Origin: an uncultured Candidatus Poseidoniales archaeon
Lineage (GTDB): Archaea > Thermoplasmatota > Poseidoniia > Poseidoniales > Thalassarchaeaceae
Direction: 5' to 3'
DNA: 62,697 nucleotides
NCBI GenBank assembly: GCA_964645485.1
Contig: CAZXZO010000006.1
Coordinates: 1-62,697, forward strand
Made by a program: the position numbers and the translations under genes. A model generated the notes under the pieces. The model searched no databases, was not told the DNA's origin, and saw only the letters and a list, made by a program, of their open reading frames with translations. Shown here piece by piece: positions 56,355 through 62,697 of this stretch (the first letter of the stretch is position 1; the number at the start of each line of letters is the position of its first letter).

Positions 56355-58874
56355 TCATCCCATCAAAGCACGGTGAACCTTCGACTGAATCTCACGCATT
56401 CGGTCGTTTGCACCTAACTCCCTAAACACAGTAAGAGAGCGCTGTAAGTATTCCATTCGCCTACTTCGGTCAGGCGCCGCTTCACCAAGGCGCGCCAGTA
56501 ATTCACCAATTAGAACCCTGAAATCGTTTGATTCTGCCAAAACTAAAGCATCACGGTAACATTCCATCGCTTCATCACGACGTCCAGCATCCACCAAAAC
56601 TTCGCCCAATAACAATGTTATTTCCACCTCTGCATGATGGTCTCTCTCCTCTGAAAGCCCATCTAAAGCACCTGTGTAGTGGTGTAATGCTAATTCCCGG
56701 TCACCCGTCTTTGAGTAGTATCTCCCCAAAACAGCTCTTGACCTTGCTTGAAGTGCTGGACTACCCCCTTCGTTAGTCTCATCATAAGCCAAGAACGCGT
56801 GCTCTTTCGCCCGGTCATTTTCACCCATCTCAAGGAATGCAGAAGCGAGTTTGATTCTGGATTCTACCAGTTCAGGGTCATCTTCGGATTGCAATAATTC
56901 TTCCACATTAGCGTACACTTCCAATGCTCTTTTGTCATTTCGTTGGCGCCGGTAAATGTAACCCATGTTATTGTAGGTTCTAGCCGCCCCTCTTGGGTCA
57001 TTTAATTTGATAAAAGACTCCAATGCTTCTTTGTGTAAAGTGAGTGCTTCGTCGGCTTTGCCGATTGTAACTGAAATATCTGCAAGGCTTGATTTAATTC
57101 GAGCACGAATCAATTCCTCCTTTTTGCTCGAGCCTAGCATCTCAATTGCTTCATCATAATTTGATTTAGCATCTGACCAATTTCCTTGCATTGAAAGAAT
57201 ATTTGCTCGCAGTTCAAGAATTACTGGCCAGGCCGAATCATCTACGGATTCTTTGTCAACCGAATCTAAGATTGGAAATAGTTCCATATGTCCCGCTTGA
57301 ACCAAATCTGCTCCTGTTGTAGAAAGTGCTTCACCTAATTCGCCTGAATTACCTGCTTTTGATAGATGGAAAAGGAATTCAATTTGCTCCTCTGGTCTCT
57401 CCCGTCGGGTACGATACCAATCTACTGCTTTCACATGTAATTGAATATTAGTTTCTGAATCAAGAGAACTAGTCAAAAATTCGCGAATCAAATCGTGAAC
57501 GTCATACATCTCTGAATCTGCCTGTCTTGCAAGCCCCTTCTCAACTAAATCATCGAGCAAATTTGTTTCTAAATCATGTCCACTTAATGCATCCAAAGGC
57601 ATTGGTTCCCTGAAGACTGCGAGCGCCCCGAGCAATCTCTTTTCTGCCCCTGATAATTTGGAGAAAATTTCCTGTTCAACATACATTTCCAATGTCTCAT
57701 AGAACGTGGTGCCAATCGAACCCCGATTAATCAAATTGAGAACAAGTGGGTGCCCTCTTGATAACCCGTAAATGTGCTGATAAGTCACTTCATCGACTGG
57801 CTCTAGGGATGGTAATAAATTCCTACACGCATCCCTATCTAATCCATCTAATGGGACCACTAATGTAGTGATTTTACCTTCAGCATCCCGTAATGGGACG
57901 ACAGATTTGAATGACCTTGAAAAGAGAATTAAACCTGTTTCATCTAAGTCATCCATTCGCTGAGTTAATCCTCTAATAACTGCATACAGAATATCATCTG
58001 CAACCTTGTGTAAATCATCTATGATGATGATTGTTGGAACGTCAGTGAGTGAATCTACAATCAAATCCACCGACATTTGGGCTACCGGTACCGGTGTAGC
58101 AGCAAGGTAGTCTGAAAGAGAATCGTTGCCAATTGCTGCCAACCATTCTCCACAAGTTTCGAGAAACGCCCTTGAGCCTTCCCAATCTTGCACACGGTGG
58201 TAAAGCAAATTTCGTTTGTGGGTGAAAGTCTCAATCAATTTTCCAGCCAAAGCGGTTTTCCCTATCCCGGCAATCCCTGGAACTAGAATAGTTGTAGAGC
58301 GAGCATCAAGAAGATCTACCATCGTTTTTACTTCAGTGTCACGACCGTAAAAGCTTCTCAATCTAGGCAAATCTTCCAATGAAGTTACTAATTGCTTCTC
58401 GACGTGTTTTGATAAATCCCTCTTGATTAACTCAGGATTTAACGGTCGCAAATCAACAAGGCCGCCATCATCCATGTAACGAATTATGTCCACTGCCCTA
58501 ATTGAAAATGGTGAACTCTCAATTGCTTTGGTTAGAGTTGTGCTACTAGTTGTTCCTTCTTGACCGATCAATCTTACTGGGAAACTGGAAAGTCGCTCCC
58601 AAGTCTCTTCCGCGACAATCATACCAGAATCAGTTAGGAAGTATGCTTTCCGCTTTCGAGTGACTCCAGTTACGTGTGTCTGCCTCTCAATCAACAAACC
58701 TTGGTCCTTCAATCCAGCAATCGCCCTAGGGACGTTGCTACGAGCGATTGCAACTGCATTTGCAATCCCCATCTGAGAAAGAGCAAATGGGACTTCGACC
58801 TTACTCGAATAATCTCCGAAGTCGCGAAGGTGGAGAAGAATCCTCTCCTGAACTCCCGGTTTAGTGACTACCAA
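56355..58874 (-). CDS. N-terminal winged-helix, STAND (MalT/NB-ARC-like) ATPase and TPR-repeat protein
   Basis: wHTH (SQMGIANAVAIARSNVPRAI...LIE...RKAYFLT); Walker A GIAGIGKT; Walker B IIIIDDLH; GHPL (GxP); VHDLIREF (MHD-like); about 7 TPR-like helical hairpins. Confidence 0.85.
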   Translation of the reverse strand: MVVTKPGVQERILLHLRDFGDYSSKVEVPFALSQMGIANAVAIARSNVPRAIAGLKDQGLLIERQTHVTGVTRKRKAYFLTDSGMIVAEETWERLSSFPVRLIGQEGTTSSTTLTKAIESSPFSIRAVDIIRYMDDGGLVDLRPLNPELIKRDLSKHVEKQLVTSLEDLPRLRSFYGRDTEVKTMVDLLDARSTTILVPGIAGIGKTALAGKLIETFTHKRNLLYHRVQDWEGSRAFLETCGEWLAAIGNDSLSDYLAATPVPVAQMSVDLIVDSLTDVPTIIIIDDLHKVADDILYAVIRGLTQRMDDLDETGLILFSRSFKSVVPLRDAEGKITTLVVPLDGLDRDACRNLLPSLEPVDEVTYQHIYGLSRGHPLVLNLINRGSIGTTFYETLEMYVEQEIFSKLSGAEKRLLGALAVFREPMPLDALSGHDLETNLLDDLVEKGLARQADSEMYDVHDLIREFLTSSLDSETNIQLHVKAVDWYRTRRERPEEQIEFLFHLSKAGNSGELGEALSTTGADLVQAGHMELFPILDSVDKESVDDSAWPVILELRANILSMQGNWSDAKSNYDEAIEMLGSSKKEELIRARIKSSLADISVTIGKADEALTLHKEALESFIKLNDPRGAARTYNNMGYIYRRQRNDKRALEVYANVEELLQSEDDPELVESRIKLASAFLEMGENDRAKEHAFLAYDETNEGGSPALQARSRAVLGRYYSKTGDRELALHHYTGALDGLSEERDHHAEVEITLLLGEVLVDAGRRDEAMECYRDALVLAESNDFRVLIGELLARLGEAAPDRSRRMEYLQRSLTVFRELGANDRMREIQSKVHRALMG

Positions 58875-58947
58875 AACACCCCTCTCCTAATGGAATAGAA
58901 ACTTGTCCCTATTCAATACATCCGTCTTGAATGTCTAAACTTCCTTA

Positions 58948-61900
58948 TCATTCAGGTATCCATTGGTTCGTTTCTGGGTCCCACTTCCAACCAGGATATG
59001 TGGGCTGGGGTTCCACAACAGGTTGCGCGGCAGCGGCAACTTGCGCCTGTGCCTCGACCTCATTCGTCTTGCCCCATGCATAAGGGTCCTCTTCAACTGC
59101 TTCTTGTGCCTGAATATCTCCGATTTCTGGCTCATCTTCAAACTCCACGAAGAAGAACATGAAGACACCACCAAGGGCGGCTAAGATTACCAATGCCAAA
59201 ACTGCCCAGAGAATCCAACCAAATGCACTTTCTTTAGCAGCAGCCCCAACTTGCACTCCTAGGGAATGTCCTGTTTCTTTGCCATCGTATTCAAAGACTA
59301 CATCATTCAGACCTGATTCTAACTTATTGCTCTGAACTTTCATAATCCAAGTGCCATCTTCTGCCACAATTGTGTTGTTAAGACGAGCACCTGTAGTAGA
59401 AGAACGAGCGACTACTTCAACACCCGGACGACCTTGTCCTTGGAATATAGCCGTGTCTCCCGCATTAATTTCACTGATACCATCAATTCTTTCAACGCTG
59501 AAAGATACGGCACGAACTGTGAAATCTAAGTTCATTGTGTAAGCATTGGATGAACCATCCTTTGCCATGAATTTCATTCCTTCACATGACCACAAATCAA
59601 TATCAGTTGTGTGGAAAGACATACCCACTGGGTCATATGTTACTTTTCCATGAATATCAATAGAGATTAAATCAGCACATAATTCATCATGCTGCAAATC
59701 GCTATTCGCGATAATCTCAGGGTCGTCATAGACGTCATAGTCAAGAGCATCGCCATCAGGGTCAGAGAAAAATGGAGGTAAAATCACATTCCCTCCGTTC
59801 CCGCACCTATCAAGGGCTTGACTTCCTTCTTCACAGAAGATTATTACTTCGCCAACCCAACCTGTTGAGTTGAAAATAGGTGCTCGATTATCAGCATCTA
59901 ACGGGTTGTGAATAACCACTTCCACTTCCACCCATTCACTGTAAGAATGGCCATCAAAGGAACGTGCACTAATGAGATAATGGAAATCATGAATCAAGTT
60001 GCTTGTGTCCCAAGTTGCACTCCAAAGTCCATTGGAACCAATTTCTGTAACATAAGGTGGTGCGTTTGGTAATTCACGAAGAGCATCCTGAGGGTCTCTA
60101 ATGCGAATTTCAACACGGCTGACTCCACCATCTGTATCTCTAGCTAATCCAGAAATAACTGTCTCATCACTTGCTGTGATAGTTTCATCTTCGTAAGGCG
60201 CAAGTAAAGAGATTACTGGCGCTGCGTTACTGTTATCGATGTCAAGTTCTAGAGTTACGGTATCACAAGTGTCAATATCTTCTAGACAGAATCCTGAATC
60301 AGAGGCCCATATCACGAAGGTCCAAGTTTCACGGATTCTCGGCATAACCGAAAAGTCCCATTCCCAAGACCACTCTGAAAGAGCGCCAATTGGGTTTCCA
60401 TCTGTATCTAGAGGCCGAGCGATGCTAGTTGTCGTTGTAGCCCATGTAGGACTAGACATACGGAAATGAATCTCTTGGATATCACTTCCAAGTGCACCAT
60501 TGTAAGCGTCACTTGCGGTGCCAGAAAATACAACTTTTCCAGAATTATGCATTGACCCGTTTACAGGAGATGCAACATTGATTGTTGGTGGATTGGTGTT
60601 CAATTTGATTGTCTTTGTGACAATTGGGCTGTAGTCAACACCGTCAAACGCCCTGAAATCAAAGGTATAATCTCCTTCAGGTTGGTCTGCCATGTCGTAC
60701 TCAAAGTGCCAGTTCTTGAACGGCCTATTGTTTCGAGTTACTTCACCATTGGAGCCGCTGTCGTCTACTGCATAACGAACATCAACCCATGAACTTGAAT
60801 CTGGTGTCTTGACTTCAATTCGCTGTACTGCGCCTTGTTGTTCCCATTGTGCTTGCTGAGCATCATTAAACACACCTGTACCGACATTTCCGTCCCATGC
60901 ATAACCTGTGAAATTGATGTTTCGAATGAACGAATGACCATCACTTTGAGTAACAACAACTGTTGGCTTTAGATTAGTCATAGCAAGAGTGTCCTCATAT
61001 GTACCTGTGAGGTTAAATGAAGACTTATGGTAGCCTTTACCGAATTTGTAAGCAGTCACGAAGTATTTTGATAATTCTCTAGTGCCTGCACTGACATTGC
61101 AATCAGGGTCATCCAAATCATACAATAAATCTCCATCGTTATCTATTCCATCAGAACAAGAATCCTCACCAACATCATCAGCAAATCCATCTGGATGATC
61201 CCCATTCCCTCTTATGTCGAGATGGAAATCAGAAGGCAGAGCAACCCATGGAGCGAATCCTTGAGAATCGGTCTGCATGTTGTATAAATCATTACCATGT
61301 GCATCTTCAATGAGGATTGTTGCATCTGGCACTCTCACACCACCAACAGTAGCCCTAATTCGAACAAGTGCAGCTTCACGAACTTGTACAGACCAAACAC
61401 TTGGGGACGCAGCAAACGTACCTATCGCAATCTTTGATAGAGAGAGTCCAGACATATTTGCAAATGTGAATACTGTAGAATTATTTGCCGCTTGTAATGA
61501 CAAAGGGAAATCTACTGGAGGTATTGATGTAGTTGGAGGAAGGAGTACTTGGTTATCCCAATTATTGTACTCATATGCCTCTCCTCGGTCCCAAACTAAC
61601 TGAATAGGCATACTCGCATTTGGCCCCGCGAGTGAAGGTATAGTTTCGGATTGAACTGTTACAGAACTCTTGGTTATGTTGTATACTATGTCAGAAACTC
61701 CAAGCCATTGATTTCCAGAGAAGAACGCAAGTGATGCGTATGTATGTTCGTGGTCAACAATTTTCGCACCTTCGCCACCAACTGTAAATTGGTTGTCTTG
61801 CACATCAAGTAGTGCGCCAATTGCTCTAATTGCATCCCCTGCAACCCCTGTGACAATATTTCTCTTGATTGTTGCACTAGCTCGGTAAACATGGAATGCA

Positions 61901-62697
61901 GGACAGTTGAAATCTTGTTCGTCCCAAACGTTTTCCGAGGAGCATGTTCCTGAAACGTTGTTGAAAACGTTGTCATTGATTGTAGCCCTTGCAGGTGCTG
62001 GTCCGCTTACAGACCAGCCATTGTCCTGGTAATGGTATTCACCAACAATTACAGCTTCACGATTAATTTCTTGGAAGGTATTATTGTCAATTTGCATGTC
62101 AAAATATCCTACACCCCAAATACCGTTATATCCACCAATTGGACCAATTATGTTGTTTGTGATTCTAACTTCAGTGACTGTGCCTGCAGCACCAGAAGAT
62201 GATACAACTTGCACTCCAGAACCTTCCTCAGCACCGCTCATCACATTTTTCTCAACATAAGCATACCCACCATCATAAATAGTTAAAGGTGCCCTTTTAT
62301 CAGTTACAATTGAATTGCTCGTGATATCTACTTTGTAATCAGTACCCGAGATAGATCTGCGGCCATTTATATCAATCCCTGTACAAGTTGTTTGAATTGT
62401 ATTCGCATGAATGAGGCCTGCGGAATCTGTAAATCTATAACCATAATCTCCACTTGCTACAACACCGTGGTCAATTTGGATAAAGGATTTTTGACCCCAG
62501 AAAACATGACGCCCATCATCTTGTTCTTCGCAGGCTTGAGCTGAAGTTCCAGTGAACACTGGACTTAGAAAACGTACAGGACCACTAGGGCTTCCTGCAC
62601 CATATGTTTGGATGGCATTTCCGGCTATGCTAGTGAGAATCTCATCTGTACCAACTACGAAAGACCCACCATTAAAAGTTGGAGATGCCAAGTCAAG
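58948..62697 (-). CDS. Giant secreted single-pass surface protein, 5'-truncated by the window edge: parallel beta-helix, Ig-like repeats and Cys/Asp Ca-binding motifs
   Basis: The frame is open to base 62697 (...LDLASPTF), so the TTG at 62691 is not necessarily the start. Beta-helix NN-x-F/I repeats; CSDGIDNDGDLLYDLDDPDC; Ig-like SG.A.D.DG repeats; TM segment FGWILWAVLALVILAALGGVFMFFFV; tail ends YPGWKWDPETNQWIPE. Confidence 0.8.
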   Translation of the reverse strand, partial: LDLASPTFNGGSFVVGTDEILTSIAGNAIQTYGAGSPSGPVRFLSPVFTGTSAQACEEQDDGRHVFWGQKSFIQIDHGVVASGDYGYRFTDSAGLIHANTIQTTCTGIDINGRRSISGTDYKVDITSNSIVTDKRAPLTIYDGGYAYVEKNVMSGAEEGSGVQVVSSSGAAGTVTEVRITNNIIGPIGGYNGIWGVGYFDMQIDNNTFQEINREAVIVGEYHYQDNGWSVSGPAPARATINDNVFNNVSGTCSSENVWDEQDFNCPAFHVYRASATIKRNIVTGVAGDAIRAIGALLDVQDNQFTVGGEGAKIVDHEHTYASLAFFSGNQWLGVSDIVYNITKSSVTVQSETIPSLAGPNASMPIQLVWDRGEAYEYNNWDNQVLLPPTTSIPPVDFPLSLQAANNSTVFTFANMSGLSLSKIAIGTFAASPSVWSVQVREAALVRIRATVGGVRVPDATILIEDAHGNDLYNMQTDSQGFAPWVALPSDFHLDIRGNGDHPDGFADDVGEDSCSDGIDNDGDLLYDLDDPDCNVSAGTRELSKYFVTAYKFGKGYHKSSFNLTGTYEDTLAMTNLKPTVVVTQSDGHSFIRNINFTGYAWDGNVGTGVFNDAQQAQWEQQGAVQRIEVKTPDSSSWVDVRYAVDDSGSNGEVTRNNRPFKNWHFEYDMADQPEGDYTFDFRAFDGVDYSPIVTKTIKLNTNPPTINVASPVNGSMHNSGKVVFSGTASDAYNGALGSDIQEIHFRMSSPTWATTTTSIARPLDTDGNPIGALSEWSWEWDFSVMPRIRETWTFVIWASDSGFCLEDIDTCDTVTLELDIDNSNAAPVISLLAPYEDETITASDETVISGLARDTDGGVSRVEIRIRDPQDALRELPNAPPYVTEIGSNGLWSATWDTSNLIHDFHYLISARSFDGHSYSEWVEVEVVIHNPLDADNRAPIFNSTGWVGEVIIFCEEGSQALDRCGNGGNVILPPFFSDPDGDALDYDVYDDPEIIANSDLQHDELCADLISIDIHGKVTYDPVGMSFHTTDIDLWSCEGMKFMAKDGSSNAYTMNLDFTVRAVSFSVERIDGISEINAGDTAIFQGQGRPGVEVVARSSTTGARLNNTIVAEDGTWIMKVQSNKLESGLNDVVFEYDGKETGHSLGVQVGAAAKESAFGWILWAVLALVILAALGGVFMFFFVEFEDEPEIGDIQAQEAVEEDPYAWGKTNEVEAQAQVAAAAQPVVEPQPTYPGWKWDPETNQWIPE

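Noticed and set aside
56355-58874. Calling the STAND protein an Avs antiviral system
   Set aside because: No nuclease, SIR2, TIR or protease effector domain is present and there are no neighbouring defence genes. A regulator role fits better, though a defence-related trigger cannot be excluded.
1-62697. tRNA genes, integrases, transposases, inteins, prophage genes
   Set aside because: No cloverleaf-like sequence with a T-loop GTTCRA plus acceptor stem was found in intergenic DNA, and there are no recombinase, DDE or intein motifs in the ORFs.

Overview
This 62.7-kb window looks like Marine Group II euryarchaeal DNA (Ca. Poseidoniales, Thermoplasmatota). That assignment is inferred from the archaeal 23S rRNA, archaeal-type GAPDH, PheT, GluRS, S15, ArcS and Rpp21, a bacterial-type adk and dnaJ, a 23S gene with no 16S upstream, and many large acidic secreted proteins. 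From left to right: the 5' two-thirds of a stand-alone 23S rRNA (minus strand); a Zn-ribbon/TPR gene; an ion-transport cluster (OCA2/P-protein-like permease, an unannotated decayed remnant of a second Na+/H+ antiporter with an 80-bp tandem duplication, and an intact CPA1 antiporter); and housekeeping genes (yhbY, rnp4, adk, gap, pheT, rnhB, gltX, rps15, arcS, dnaJ) mixed with membrane-anchored surface proteins, including a 1591-aa S8 protease. Unusual genes include a GltB3-GltB2-like fusion with a degenerate FMN barrel, a degenerate RecJ/GAN-like protein and a pyroglutamyl-peptidase-NUDIX fusion. The right-hand 23 kb is a cell-surface block: three giant secreted proteins (1869, 1910 and >1247 aa), an MBL hydrolase, a coupled operon of three pilin-like genes and a wHTH-STAND-TPR protein. 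Three upstream regions in that block share a CC-TAC-GG-centred inverted repeat, which makes it the best candidate for an undescribed co-regulated surface or attachment system. No CRISPR array, tRNA, transposase or integrase was seen. All family assignments come from motif recognition by eye; no database searches were run.
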